Positions 1-9,445 of a stretch of DNA of 64,000 nucleotides are shown piece after piece. The position numbers and the translations under genes were made by a program. The notes beneath the pieces are model-generated. The model did no database searches and had not been told where the DNA came from. It saw nothing but the letters and a program-made list of their open reading frames with translations. Source of the DNA: Alphaproteobacteria bacterium (GTDB lineage: Bacteria; Pseudomonadota; Alphaproteobacteria; Bin95); the NCBI GenBank assembly GCA_965222315.1, contig OZ244951.1:962407-1026406 (forward strand), in the 5' to 3' direction. Within the stretch, counting starts at the first letter, position 1. Each line of letters starts with the position of its first letter.

Positions 1-23
1 GTTATAAGAGCACTTGATTAAGT

Positions 24-1355
24 ATGACTGTAGACGTTTTACTGTCACTAATTGCCAAGTTCCGGCCCCGGAAACCATACAGGATGTATAGAATCGCCCG
101 CGTATGCATTTGTCGAGCCTTGATGCTGGCGGCATTGCTAGTTCTAGCTGCATGCGCGACCTATTCGCCGCAATCTTATGACAAAGAAGCGCTAGAGGAT
201 CGCACGATTACCAAAGTGCAGGAAGGGCTGACGATCAGCGCCATCGCCCTCGGGCCTGACGAGGCGCGGGCGGTGTTTGGCGTACCCACATTCTCGAAAA
301 ATATCCAGCCGATCTGGCTACGCGTCGAGAACGAGGGCGACCGCAACGTCACGCTGCTGCCTCTGTTTTTCGACGCTCTCTACTACACGCCGGCAGAAGC
401 AGCGTTTATGCACCATGGTTGGCTGACAGGCGACGTCAACCGCATGATTGACCGCCAATTTGAGGACAATTCGTTACCCCTCACCGTTCCCGCCGGCGAG
501 TCGGTGGAAGGCTATCTCTATGGCACAACCGATATAGGTTGGAAGGCTCTCAATCTTATCTACATCGGCGACGGAGACAGCATCGAAGCATCAATGGTAG
601 TGCCAGTGCCGGGGCTAGCGCTTGAACAAGTCAAGCTTGAGGCACTTTATCAGCCTGACGAAATTCAGGAGATCACTTCGCCGAGCGACCTGCGCACCGC
701 GATAGAGGCGCTACCTTGTTGCGTCACCGACAAATCTGGTAAAACTGAGGCTGATCCACTTAACTTCGTTCTCATTGCTGATGTAGAGACCGCGCTTACG
801 GGGTTGGTCTCTGGTGGTTGGGACAGCGCGGAGGGGGTGACGGCGGCGTCGGCAATCGAGACCACCATGTCGTTTCTGTTCGGCACGTCATACCGCTATT
901 CCCCGGTCAGCGACCTTTATGCCTTTGGCCGCAAACAGGATGCAGCGTTCCAGATCGCCCGTGCTGACATTCACGAACGCAACCACCTAAGAATTTGGCT
1001 TGCGCCGATACGCTACCGGGGCACACCGGTGTGGATCGGCAGTATTAGCCGCGATATCGGCGTCATTCGTTCCGGCCTGGGTACGACACATAAGATTGAT
1101 CCAGATGTTGATGCGGAACGCTGGTATCTGGCCCAAAGCCTCGCACGCGCGCAAAATCTCGAGTGGTTTGCGTTTGCTGGCGGCGGGCCGTTATCCTCGC
1201 CTGAAAAGCCGCGCTCGTCGGTCGAGCCACAGAACATCTATTTTTCAGACGGTCTACGCATTGTACTGGAGCTGTCAGACACACCGATACCGCTGGACGA
1301 AATAGACTACGTTCCGTGGGTTGAAGCCGATGGACAACAGCCACCGGCCCTCTAA
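24..1355 (+). CDS. Lipoprotein with LssY-like C-terminal domain (443 aa). N-terminal signal/lipobox-like segment (LAACATYSP) and a conserved HERNHLRIW motif.
   Basis: Complete ORF. Hydrophobic N-terminus with a Cys after LAA. Motif recalled from LssY_C-type domains. No in-window homolog to confirm. Confidence 0.45.
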   Translation: MTVDVLLSLIAKFRPRKPYRMYRIARVCICRALMLAALLVLAACATYSPQSYDKEALEDRTITKVQEGLTISAIALGPDEARAVFGVPTFSKNIQPIWLRVENEGDRNVTLLPLFFDALYYTPAEAAFMHHGWLTGDVNRMIDRQFEDNSLPLTVPAGESVEGYLYGTTDIGWKALNLIYIGDGDSIEASMVVPVPGLALEQVKLEALYQPDEIQEITSPSDLRTAIEALPCCVTDKSGKTEADPLNFVLIADVETALTGLVSGGWDSAEGVTAASAIETTMSFLFGTSYRYSPVSDLYAFGRKQDAAFQIARADIHERNHLRIWLAPIRYRGTPVWIGSISRDIGVIRSGLGTTHKIDPDVDAERWYLAQSLARAQNLEWFAFAGGGPLSSPEKPRSSVEPQNIYFSDGLRIVLELSDTPIPLDEIDYVPWVEADGQQPPAL

Positions 1356-1379
1356 ACCCGCCCTGAATTTTGGGCTAGG

Positions 1380-1740
1380 CGTCCAAAATCACCCTTTGAC
1401 GTTTGCTGTCCGTCAGTCTCGGTCACCAACACGGCCCCGACAGGCTCTCCATGTTTGAACTCGCCCTTGACCAGCCATCCTTCCTTCGTTTTGACGACGC
1501 CTGAACCGGTTTTGATGCCGTCCGTCAACCGACCGATGAAACGTCCGCCGCTGTCTGTCTAAACGAAAGCGTCGCCTTCCGGCCGACCGTCTGCGAAGTG
1601 GCCTATGTACTCGTTGAAGCTACCGGCCTCGTTATCAAACAGATAAAGCCGGCCCGTACCGTGGAGCTTTTTTTCACGCATGCCGCCGACATAGAGAACC
1701 ACCAAGCCCTTGCCGTTTGCCTCCATGGTTCAGCACTGAG
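1380..1740 (-). pseudogene. Disrupted MORN-repeat-like protein fragment. The reverse-strand translation gives MEANGKGLVVLYVGG...GHFADGRPEGDAFV and TDSGGRFIGRLTDGIKTGSGVVKTKEGWLVKGEFKHGEPVG, interrupted by stops.
   Basis: Manual reverse-complement translation shows G-x-G/W-x-G periodic repeats typical of MORN, broken by stops and frame changes. No ORF of 60 aa or more in the track. Confidence 0.25.
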
Positions 1741-1768
1741 GAGCGTGCACCTCTGCTTTCTTTTTTAA

Positions 1769-1797
1769 TTGATGCTAACAATAATTGTTGTTATCAA
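1769..1797. promoter_or_regulatory. Near-perfect 29-bp palindrome TTGATGCTAACAATAATTGTTGTTATCAA, with a perfect core AACAATAATTGTT at 1777-1789. It lies immediately upstream of the MarR start and is a candidate MarR operator/promoter.
   Basis: Inverted repeat read directly from the sequence. AT-rich island in an otherwise GC-rich context. MarR proteins bind palindromic operators that overlap their own promoters. Confidence 0.4.
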
Positions 1798-1804
1798 GCA
1801 TACT

Positions 1805-2272
1805 ATGAAAAACGCATCTGACACATCTCGACCTCAGTCCATTCACGATAGTGTTGGGTATTGGGCATCGTTCCTTGCGAGAGCGATGGAGGCGGAGTTC
1901 AACGAGCGCCTGGCCGGCCACGGAATGACGCGGGTGGCCTATGCTGTTCTGGGGGCGATCCACTTCGACCGAAAGACGACCCCATCTGACTTGGCTGATT
2001 TTCTTGGGTTGGATCGGGGGGCTGTCACCAGGCTGCTCGATAAGCTTGAAGGTCAGAACCTGATTGCGCGAAGCCGGACGGACGCGGACCGGCGCGTGGT
2101 TTCCCTGTTGGTCACACCAAAGGGTGAAGTCCTGGCTGCTGAGCTTCGGCAGCAGTCGCAGGCTGTTAACGCGCAATTCACCACCGGACTGAAGCCACAA
2201 GAAATCTCGAAATATATCGAGATAGTCAAGAATATGGCTGAAAATGTAAGGGTCAATATTGAAACACTATAG
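1805..2272 (+). CDS. MarR-family transcriptional regulator. The start is probably at 1805 (MKNASD); the track ORF starts at 1769 inside an AT-rich palindromic promoter-like segment.
   Basis: Winged-helix MarR signature LGLDRGAVTRLLDKLEGQNLIARSRTDADRRVVSLLVTPKG. Size ~155 aa. Confidence 0.8.
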   Translation: MKNASDTSRPQSIHDSVGYWASFLARAMEAEFNERLAGHGMTRVAYAVLGAIHFDRKTTPSDLADFLGLDRGAVTRLLDKLEGQNLIARSRTDADRRVVSLLVTPKGEVLAAELRQQSQAVNAQFTTGLKPQEISKYIEIVKNMAENVRVNIETL

Positions 2273-2418
2273 TAGATGGTCTTGGGCAAGAAAATGAAAA
2301 ATCTAGAACGAGTATCGTCTACGCGGACCTTTTATTTTGGTCGTATTTTGGGAGGCTGCGATTCATTGGCTCTGGCGCCAGAGTGTCAAGTTAGTGCATG
2401 ACCAAGTGGGAGGTAATA

Positions 2419-3471
2419 ATGAAGTTTTCTGTCCTGGCCCTGTTCGTTGCAGCTTTGCTTGCTGTACCATTTTACATATCCTCCCACCAGGCTGACGCCG
2501 CTCCGGACGCCGCTGCTGATGCACGCAAGATCCCGGTGACCATCGACAATTTCGCGCGGGCTGCGAGCGATATTGAGTTCGACAAGTACGTCACGCTCGC
2601 CGGCGGCGTTAACCGCTTCTACCACTTCCGCGAGCCGACGCCGGTCGATAATCAGCCGACCATCCGGATGAACCGAGATACGCTCTACAGCACCGTGGTC
2701 GTCGACATCAGCGAAGGCGCGACGCTGACACTGCCGGACGTGGGCGAACGCTACATGTCAGCGATGGTGGTCAATCAGGATCACTACATCAACGAGGTGT
2801 TTCATGGTGGCGGCATCTACACGCTCGACATGGACACCTTCGATACGCCCTACGTGATTGTCTACATGCGTACGCTGGTCGATGCCGATGATCCTGAGGA
2901 CGTGGCGGCGGTGAATGCCATCCAGGACCAGATGACTATCGATGCGGCGGCGTCCAATCCCTTCATCTTGGCGGATTACGATCGGGAGTCCTACGAGGCG
3001 CTGATCGAACGCCTCAATGCGCTCCTGCCCTTCGCCGGCGGGATCAAGGGGACCTTCGGAAAACAGGAAAACGTTATTCCGGTTCGCCACCTCATCGGCA
3101 CTGCCGTCGGCTGGGGCGGCCTGCCCGAGACCGAGGCCATGTATCCCGCCAACGTCCCCAACCTGCCCGTTGGCGAATACAAGATAGAAGTGCCTGCCGA
3201 GGTGCCTGTGGGCGCGTTCTGGTCGGTCAGCCTCTACAACGCGGACGGGTTCTTCGAGAAGAACGAGCACGATGCTTACGTCGTCAACTCGGTCATGGGC
3301 GAGCGGAACGAGGATGGTTCGATCACCGTCCATTTTGGCGGCTGCGATGACGGCCGGGTGAACTGCCTGCCGATCATGGAGGGCTGGAACTACATCGTGC
3401 GGCTTTACCAGCCAGGACCGGAAATTCTCGACGGCAGCTGGACCTTTCCAGATGTCGAACTGGCAAACTGA
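2419..3471 (+). CDS. DUF1254/DUF1214-family secreted protein (paralog 1). Start taken at ATG 2419, which is preceded by GGGAGG.
   Basis: Signal peptide MKFSVLALFVAALLAVPF. Conserved motifs PVGAFWSVSLYN, DGS-ITVHFGGC and IVRLYQP, which are shared with the ORFs at 4580 and 8085. Confidence 0.7.
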   Translation: MKFSVLALFVAALLAVPFYISSHQADAAPDAAADARKIPVTIDNFARAASDIEFDKYVTLAGGVNRFYHFREPTPVDNQPTIRMNRDTLYSTVVVDISEGATLTLPDVGERYMSAMVVNQDHYINEVFHGGGIYTLDMDTFDTPYVIVYMRTLVDADDPEDVAAVNAIQDQMTIDAAASNPFILADYDRESYEALIERLNALLPFAGGIKGTFGKQENVIPVRHLIGTAVGWGGLPETEAMYPANVPNLPVGEYKIEVPAEVPVGAFWSVSLYNADGFFEKNEHDAYVVNSVMGERNEDGSITVHFGGCDDGRVNCLPIMEGWNYIVRLYQPGPEILDGSWTFPDVELAN

Positions 3472-3524
3472 GCCGCGAGGCCGAAGAAACTTCCCCTGTT
3501 CCGCCAGCCAAAGGAGCTGTTTCG

Positions 3525-4505
3525 ATGGGATCTCGCATAAATGGCATGGGCCAGAAGTTCCGCGCCGCCAGTGCCGCGGCGTTCCTTCTCATATCGTTAT
3601 CGATGGTGACCGCCATCGTTGATACGGCACGGGCCGCCGAAGGTGGAGGAAGCCATTATCTGCCCGGTGCACTGGGGGATATCTTTCTGGCATTGCCGCC
3701 CGAGCCCGGTTTCCAGGTCGCGAATGTGGTGTGGTACCAATCGGGAAGTGCCGGATCAGCGGTTCTGGAGGGTCAGGTCGGCCTCGGCCTCGATTTGGAC
3801 CTCGTCCTCAACATGACGTCCCTGACCTACACCTTCGAACAGCCGGTGCTCGGAGGCAGCTATACCATCGGCGCGGCAGTTCCCTTCGGCTATGCGGCGC
3901 TGGACGGCGCGCTGACTGGCCCGCTCGGTGGGCGGTTGCCCTTTTCGGATGACAGCTTCGCTCTGAGCGACATTGCTTTCACCCCGGTTCAACTGAACTG
4001 GAGCGCGGGGCCCTGGTCCTTCAGGCTTTCCGAGACAATCGTCGCGCCGACCGGAGCCTACAACACCTCGGACGGCAGCCTTGTCGATCTCGGTCGGAAC
4101 TATTGGAGTTTCGACACAATTGGGGGCGCGACCTGGTTCAATCCGGATTCCGGGACCGAGGTGTCGGCAGCGGCCGGCCTCATGATCAACACCGAGAACC
4201 AGGCCACCGACTACAGGACGGGGACGGAATTCCATTTGGACGCCGTTGCCAACCAGTTTCTGTCGCCAGGCTTCGCCATTGGCCTGCGCGGTTATTACTA
4301 CCAGCAGCTGACGGCGGACAGCGGGTCGGGTGCAACCCTCGGCAGCTTCAAATCTTCGTCCTTAGGGTTTGGCCCGGGCTTCGTCTGGATCCCAGAATTC
4401 GCCGGCGGACGGCTCTCCATCTTCGGAAAGTGGATGCACGACTTCGGTTCCGAGAACCGCTTCGACTCCGACTACGTCACGCTTACGGGCGCCTGGAAGT
4501 TCTGA
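3525..4505 (+). CDS. Outer-membrane beta-barrel channel of the MetA-pathway/phenol-degradation-like transporter type (326 aa).
   Basis: Signal peptide. Alternating amphipathic beta-strand pattern. Terminal aromatic residue (..GAWKF). Gly/aromatic-rich composition typical of PF13557-like OM proteins. Confidence 0.55.
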   Translation: MGSRINGMGQKFRAASAAAFLLISLSMVTAIVDTARAAEGGGSHYLPGALGDIFLALPPEPGFQVANVVWYQSGSAGSAVLEGQVGLGLDLDLVLNMTSLTYTFEQPVLGGSYTIGAAVPFGYAALDGALTGPLGGRLPFSDDSFALSDIAFTPVQLNWSAGPWSFRLSETIVAPTGAYNTSDGSLVDLGRNYWSFDTIGGATWFNPDSGTEVSAAAGLMINTENQATDYRTGTEFHLDAVANQFLSPGFAIGLRGYYYQQLTADSGSGATLGSFKSSSLGFGPGFVWIPEFAGGRLSIFGKWMHDFGSENRFDSDYVTLTGAWKF

Positions 4506-4579
4506 ATCGGGCCGACAGGCCCGACCCTAGCATTCTGGACCTTCCTCGCAATCGAACGAACCACCAAGGAGCAATGTTG

Positions 4580-6040
4580 ATGAAACGTCTTGCAAGGTCC
4601 CTCGCGCTTGCTGCGTGTCTTTCCATTCCAATGGGGGCGGCAGCGCAGCAAGGCCAACTGGTGGAACTCACCGACGCCCAGATGGAGGAACTGGTCCGCC
4701 GCTCCTACCAGTACGTCGCCATGTTCAACGTGAACCAAAAGGGCGCGCTCGACCCCGACAATCCCCAGAACACGGGTGGCTACAACCGGGTCAAGGCCAA
4801 CACCGAGCTGGCCGATCACACGTTGCGGGTCATTGCGCGGCCCAACAATGACACGCTCTACACCGTCGCGATGATCGATGTCACGGAAGAGCCGGTCGTG
4901 CTGAATATTCCGGCCTTCGATTCGACCTATGTCTCGCTGATGGTCACGGCCTATGATCACTATGTGAATATCCCGTTGTCGACCACAAAGGGCGATTTCG
5001 ACGAACCGGCCACCATGGTGTTCTACAGCGAACGCACGCCCAGCTACGACGGCGAACCGGTAGATGGTGTCGATATGATCGTGGAGACCACGGGTGACTT
5101 CGTCAGCGCCGTGTTTCGCGTGATGCCGCACGCTGCCGAACCGGAGCGGATGGAGCGCAATCTCGCCGCCATGCGAAGCGTCGATGTGGAGCCGCTGTCG
5201 GAATTCCTGGGCAAGGGCGATCGTGAAGCGCATGTCCGCTCCTGGGGCAGCCCAGACATGGTCGGCCGCAACCTCGATCTGCGCGAGGACACGGCCCGAT
5301 TTCCACCCTATGGCTCGGATTTCGAGATCTTCGAGGATCGCTTCATCGAGGTGATGCAGTTCGTAGTGAACCACACGACGTTCGATCCAAACGACGAACT
5401 GGACGCGGGTCTGCTGGCGGTTTTGGAACCGCTCGGCATCGCACCGGGCAACGCTTACGATCCCGACACGGCACCGGAAATCGACGGTGACGCCCTGCGC
5501 GCCGTGGCGCAGGAGGTTGCCGCAGGAGAACTGGCCAAGTTCGGCGATCAGGATTTTCTGGACAAGAACCTCACCGGCCTGTTCCAGCCCAAAGGGCAGA
5601 TATCTCTTGAACTTCAAACCTTCCAATCCGTGTCCGGGCCCATAGGACAACCCGCCGCGGAGGCGCTCTACCCCGCTATCCTCACCGAGGACGGAGCGCC
5701 AATGAACGATATGCACGACTACGAGATCGTAATGACTGCCGAGGAGCTGCCGCCGGTCAATGCCTTCTGGTCGGTGACGCTCTACGAGAACGAAACCGGC
5801 TTTTTCATTCCCAATGACCGCTACAAGTACAGCGTGGGCGAGAACGCAGGCTTCAAGCTCGACGAAGACGGCGGAATCCGCATCGTCGTCGCCGCTGAAC
5901 AGCCCGAAGGCGTGCCAGAGGAGAACTGGCTGCCCATCAACCGGACTGACATGGACCTCGACATCATCATGCGCCTCTACGCGCCCGACCTGGAGAGATA
6001 TGCAACCTGGACCGCCCCCGTCGCCCGGCGGCTGGATTAA
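4580..6040 (+). CDS. DUF1254/DUF1214-family secreted protein (paralog 2). The start is at 4574/4580 (MLMKRLARSLALAACLSIP), not the 4103 in the ORF track.
   Basis: AAGGAG RBS at 4566-4570. Signal peptide. Motifs VNAFWSVTLYE, DGGIRIVVAAEQP and IIMRLYAP. The upstream 158 codons are Arg-rich, with no homology. Confidence 0.7.
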   Translation: MKRLARSLALAACLSIPMGAAAQQGQLVELTDAQMEELVRRSYQYVAMFNVNQKGALDPDNPQNTGGYNRVKANTELADHTLRVIARPNNDTLYTVAMIDVTEEPVVLNIPAFDSTYVSLMVTAYDHYVNIPLSTTKGDFDEPATMVFYSERTPSYDGEPVDGVDMIVETTGDFVSAVFRVMPHAAEPERMERNLAAMRSVDVEPLSEFLGKGDREAHVRSWGSPDMVGRNLDLREDTARFPPYGSDFEIFEDRFIEVMQFVVNHTTFDPNDELDAGLLAVLEPLGIAPGNAYDPDTAPEIDGDALRAVAQEVAAGELAKFGDQDFLDKNLTGLFQPKGQISLELQTFQSVSGPIGQPAAEALYPAILTEDGAPMNDMHDYEIVMTAEELPPVNAFWSVTLYENETGFFIPNDRYKYSVGENAGFKLDEDGGIRIVVAAEQPEGVPEENWLPINRTDMDLDIIMRLYAPDLERYATWTAPVARRLD

Positions 6041-6177
6041 GGGGGCCGCGCATTTAAGAAAGCCAGGGACGCCGAATGATCGCCGCGGCGTCCCCACCCC
6101 GGGAACCCGTTTCCAAAATGTTCGACGGCAGAGGGGGCTTCCCCGCAATCGACCCACACCAAACAAAGGATCTAGCG

Positions 6178-8070
6178 ATGTCGTTCAAACTCAATCGACG
6201 TGAAATGCTGCTCTCCAGCGCGGCGCTTGCGGCAGTGCCTGCAACGGCCGGAGCCTTCATCACTGTTCCCGCCCGTGCGCAAAGGGCGAGCACCCGGGAC
6301 CTGTCTGCCTCGACCGCGCAGATCGACGCCTATATGGGCGCGCCGGTCGAACTGGCGAAGGCAAAGAACGGGGCGATCGCCAACAAGCGGCTTCTCGACG
6401 GGATCGACAAGGTCGCCTGGCCCGAACCCACGATCGAACAGCCGGCCGAGGGGATCTGGGTGTTCGGCGGCTATGGGCTGGCGCCCATGGCCGTGATCGA
6501 TACCGATGAGGGGCTGATCTGCTTTGATACCGGCGACACCAAGCACGACGGTGAGTTAATGTTCGAGGCGCTGCGCACGGTGAGCGACAAGCCTGTCAAA
6601 GCGATCATTTATGGGCACTCGCACACCTGCTTAGGCGCCGGCGTCCTCGCCGAAGGCAAGGACGATATCATGATCATCGGCCACCCCGACCTGAATGCCG
6701 TGGTGGAGCAGAATGCCGGCGGCGCGCCGGCCTATTTCCCCGAGATCGGGCCCTATCTGACGGCGCGATTGCTGATCCAGTTCAACACCTTCATGCCGGA
6801 CAAGGGCGATGACGCCTGGGTCGTGCCGACCAATCTCGAAGTGGACGAAGGAGCGTTCATCCCGGTGAATACGCCGGTCGATGATGAGCAGGAAATGACC
6901 GTGCTCGGCGTGCGGATGCAATTCTTCACCCGCTACGGGTCGGACGACAAGGTTCACACGACGGTTTGGCTGCCAGACCGCGAGATTCTCTTCACCACCA
7001 TGCTGTGGTCGAGCCCGCCGCAGCTTTACTCGGTGCGCGGCGACGTGTTCCGCGATCCCCGCGAGTGGATCGCCGGCCTCAAGCACAATCGCGATCTTCA
7101 ACCCGAGGTGTTGATCTCCGCCGCTTGCCGGCCGGTTGTTGGCAAGGAGAAGATCCAGAAGACACTGGAAGGCTATCTTGACGGCGCGAGCTTCGTCCTC
7201 GACCAAAGCCTGCGCGGCATTCTCGGCGGCAAAGGGCCTAACGATCTGAGGCACCTCGTAACCTTCCCTGATTATCTCAAGGAGACCCCCCACAACCTTC
7301 AGAACTATGGGGAAATCTCGTCCTACGCGCCGGCGGTCCACTACCAGTGTGTCGGCTGGTACGACAACGACGCCGCCAACCTCAAGCCTGTTTCTCCGTG
7401 GGACGAGGCCGAGCGGATTGTGCCGCTCATGGGCGGGCGCGAGGCGGTTCTGGCTGCCGCGGCTAAGGCGATGGAAAAGAAAGAGTATGCCTGGGCCGCG
7501 CAACTGGTGAACTATCTGTTCAAGCTGGACCCGCAGGACGCCGAAGTCCGGCAGGCCAAGGCCGATGCGTTGCGCCAGATGGCTTATGTCTCGACCGGGG
7601 CAAACGACCGGGCGCACCTGATGTCACAAGCCCTCGCGCTCGAAGGCAAGGTGACGCTCCCACGGGTCATCCCGCCCGCACCGGCCTTCATCGCTGCGTC
7701 GCCCACCACCTTTGTCGATTACTTCCGCGTCCGCATCGATCCGACGAAAAGCGGCGAAACGGACAAGGTTCTGCGCTGTGATTTCCCGGATGGGAGCAGC
7801 GCGGCCTTGCACATCCGCCGGGCCGTGGCCGAATTCGTCCCATCGCCGGACGATCACTACCGGAAGCCCGACGTCGCCTTGGCCATGTCAGGCGAAGCCT
7901 GGGCGAAGATTTATCTGAGCCAGGCAACACCGCAGGAGTTAATCGAAAGTGGGGAAATCACGATGAGGGGCGACGCGGGCGAAGCGGCCCGGCTGATCGA
8001 CATGTTCGACCGTTATGTGCCGGAGAACGCCGTTGTCGTACCCCCGGCCGCGCGCTCGCCGCAACGATAA
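6178..8070 (+). CDS. MBL-fold alkyl/aryl-sulfatase-like hydrolase (SdsA1/YjcS type) with a Tat-like signal. It has a C-terminal dimerisation domain and an SCP2-like domain.
   Basis: Start at ATG 6178 after AAAGGA. RREMLLSSAALAAVPATAGA is a twin-arginine-like signal. Metal-binding motif IYGHSHTCLGAGV (HxHxxxH-like). Length ~630 aa, typical of alkylsulfatases. Confidence 0.65.
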   Translation: MSFKLNRREMLLSSAALAAVPATAGAFITVPARAQRASTRDLSASTAQIDAYMGAPVELAKAKNGAIANKRLLDGIDKVAWPEPTIEQPAEGIWVFGGYGLAPMAVIDTDEGLICFDTGDTKHDGELMFEALRTVSDKPVKAIIYGHSHTCLGAGVLAEGKDDIMIIGHPDLNAVVEQNAGGAPAYFPEIGPYLTARLLIQFNTFMPDKGDDAWVVPTNLEVDEGAFIPVNTPVDDEQEMTVLGVRMQFFTRYGSDDKVHTTVWLPDREILFTTMLWSSPPQLYSVRGDVFRDPREWIAGLKHNRDLQPEVLISAACRPVVGKEKIQKTLEGYLDGASFVLDQSLRGILGGKGPNDLRHLVTFPDYLKETPHNLQNYGEISSYAPAVHYQCVGWYDNDAANLKPVSPWDEAERIVPLMGGREAVLAAAAKAMEKKEYAWAAQLVNYLFKLDPQDAEVRQAKADALRQMAYVSTGANDRAHLMSQALALEGKVTLPRVIPPAPAFIAASPTTFVDYFRVRIDPTKSGETDKVLRCDFPDGSSAALHIRRAVAEFVPSPDDHYRKPDVALAMSGEAWAKIYLSQATPQELIESGEITMRGDAGEAARLIDMFDRYVPENAVVVPPAARSPQR

Positions 8071-8084
8071 GGAAGGAGACTTTC

Positions 8085-9083
8085 ATGAGATTTGTTCTGA
8101 TCCTAGCGCTTTGCCTCCCGACGCTGACCTTTGCTGAGGAGGTCACCCTCGAGAACCTCGTGCGAGCAGAGACGGATCATATGATCCGCGCCAATATGGA
8201 AGCCTACGGCGTCAAGGTGGGCGATCTCGCCCACCAACGCGAAATGGTGGATCTCAAAAATCAGCCGGTGATCCGGATGAATGTGGATACGCTCTACTCC
8301 TCGCTCGTCCTCGACCTGTCGGAGCCGGCGGAGATTACGCTGCCCGAGATCGGCGGGCGTTATCAGTCGATGCACGTGATGAGCCAGGATCACTACATGT
8401 TCGTCGAAGCGACGCCCGGTACCTACAGGCTGACCGAGGATGAGGTCGGCACAAGGTTCGCGGCCGTCGCCTTCCGGACCTTCGCCGACCCGGCAGACCC
8501 CGAGGACATCGCCGCTGCGCACAAGGCGCAGGACGGAATCGCGGTGTCCGGTGGCGGCGACGGACCGTTCGAAGCGCCGGACTGGGACCTTTCGCAACTG
8601 TCCGCGGCGCGCCAGGCGATAAATGACCTCGTGGCGGATATCGGCTTCAACACCCGCTATGCCTTTGGGCGCAAAGACGAGGTTCGCCCGGTCGACTACG
8701 TGGTCGGCGCGCTGGCGGGCTGGGCCGGTTTGCCTGTCAGCGCCGCCATGTATGTGTTGGATAGCGTGGAGAAGAACGACGGCAAAACTCCCCATGCGGT
8801 CACGGTCAAGGACGTGCCCGTGGATGCGTTTTGGTCGGTCACCGTTTATAACGAAGACGGCTACATGGAGCCCAATGATCTCAACCGGAACAGCTATAAT
8901 GGCGTCACCGCCAAGCCGAACGACGACGGTTCCATCACGCTCCATTTCGGCGGCTGCGGTGACGCCCAGGTGAACTGCATCCCGATCACGCCGGGTTGGA
9001 ACTACGCCATCCGCCTCTACCAGCCGCAGGAAGAAATTTTAGATGGAAGCTGGACTTTCCCGGCAATCGAGCCGGGCAACTAA
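8085..9083 (+). CDS. DUF1214-family secreted protein (paralog 3).
   Basis: Signal peptide MRFVLILALCLPTLTFA. Motifs PVDAFWSVTVYNEDGY, DGSITLHFGGCGD and AIRLYQP, near-identical to the 2419 paralog. Confidence 0.7.
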   Translation: MRFVLILALCLPTLTFAEEVTLENLVRAETDHMIRANMEAYGVKVGDLAHQREMVDLKNQPVIRMNVDTLYSSLVLDLSEPAEITLPEIGGRYQSMHVMSQDHYMFVEATPGTYRLTEDEVGTRFAAVAFRTFADPADPEDIAAAHKAQDGIAVSGGGDGPFEAPDWDLSQLSAARQAINDLVADIGFNTRYAFGRKDEVRPVDYVVGALAGWAGLPVSAAMYVLDSVEKNDGKTPHAVTVKDVPVDAFWSVTVYNEDGYMEPNDLNRNSYNGVTAKPNDDGSITLHFGGCGDAQVNCIPITPGWNYAIRLYQPQEEILDGSWTFPAIEPGN

Positions 9084-9127
9084 CATGAGATAAGAGACCG
9101 ATGAAATTGTGTCGATGGCTCGCGATC

Positions 9128-9445
9128 TTATTTAATAGCCCGACATTCTCCACGGGCGGAAACGCTGGTGATGCGGCAATCGGCATCCATATAGACGACG
9201 ATGCGGCCGGATTTACAACTGCTCGGTCGCGCATAGAATTGGTAGCCCGCGACGCGTTTGTAACCGGAGCTAGCTTGTTGTTCGTCAACATCCCACTTGA
9301 CGTCATTTAGGCTGTCCCAAGACACCCCTTCTTCTGCGAGCTCAGCCTTAACTTCTGCCTCGCACTGATTATCGGCCGCCAGCGCCAGCGTACTGGTCAG
9401 AGCAAAAGCGCAAGCAACCCCTGCGTTGAGCAAAAACTTCGTCAT
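9128..9445 (-). CDS. Small secreted Cys-containing hypothetical protein (105 aa).
   Basis: GGAGGTGA RBS 8 nt upstream. Clear signal peptide MTKFLLNAGVACAFALTSTLALA. Four Cys residues. It is convergent with the 8085 gene. Confidence 0.45.
   Translation of the reverse strand: MTKFLLNAGVACAFALTSTLALAADNQCEAEVKAELAEEGVSWDSLNDVKWDVDEQQASSGYKRVAGYQFYARPSSCKSGRIVVYMDADCRITSVSARGECRAIK

Noticed and set aside
4103-4573. 158-codon N-terminal extension of the DUF1254/DUF1214 ORF.
   Set aside because: The Arg-rich extension has no homology. A strong AAGGAG RBS and a signal peptide begin at 4574/4580.
4472-6166. Long antisense ORFs (e.g. 4472-6166 -, 16917-18551 -, 18538-20127 -, 27944-29335 -, 12028-13299 -, 33 kb region -).
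   Set aside because: These are typical high-GC antisense open frames, opposite genes with clear domain signatures. They are Arg/Gly/Pro-rich and lack an RBS.
6076-6177. Upstream extension of the alkylsulfatase ORF.
   Set aside because: The Tat-type signal and an RBS are at 6178.
9101-9310. Plus-strand 69-aa ORF versus the minus-strand 105-aa ORF.
   Set aside because: The minus-strand ORF has an RBS and a signal peptide. The plus-strand ORF is antisense to it.
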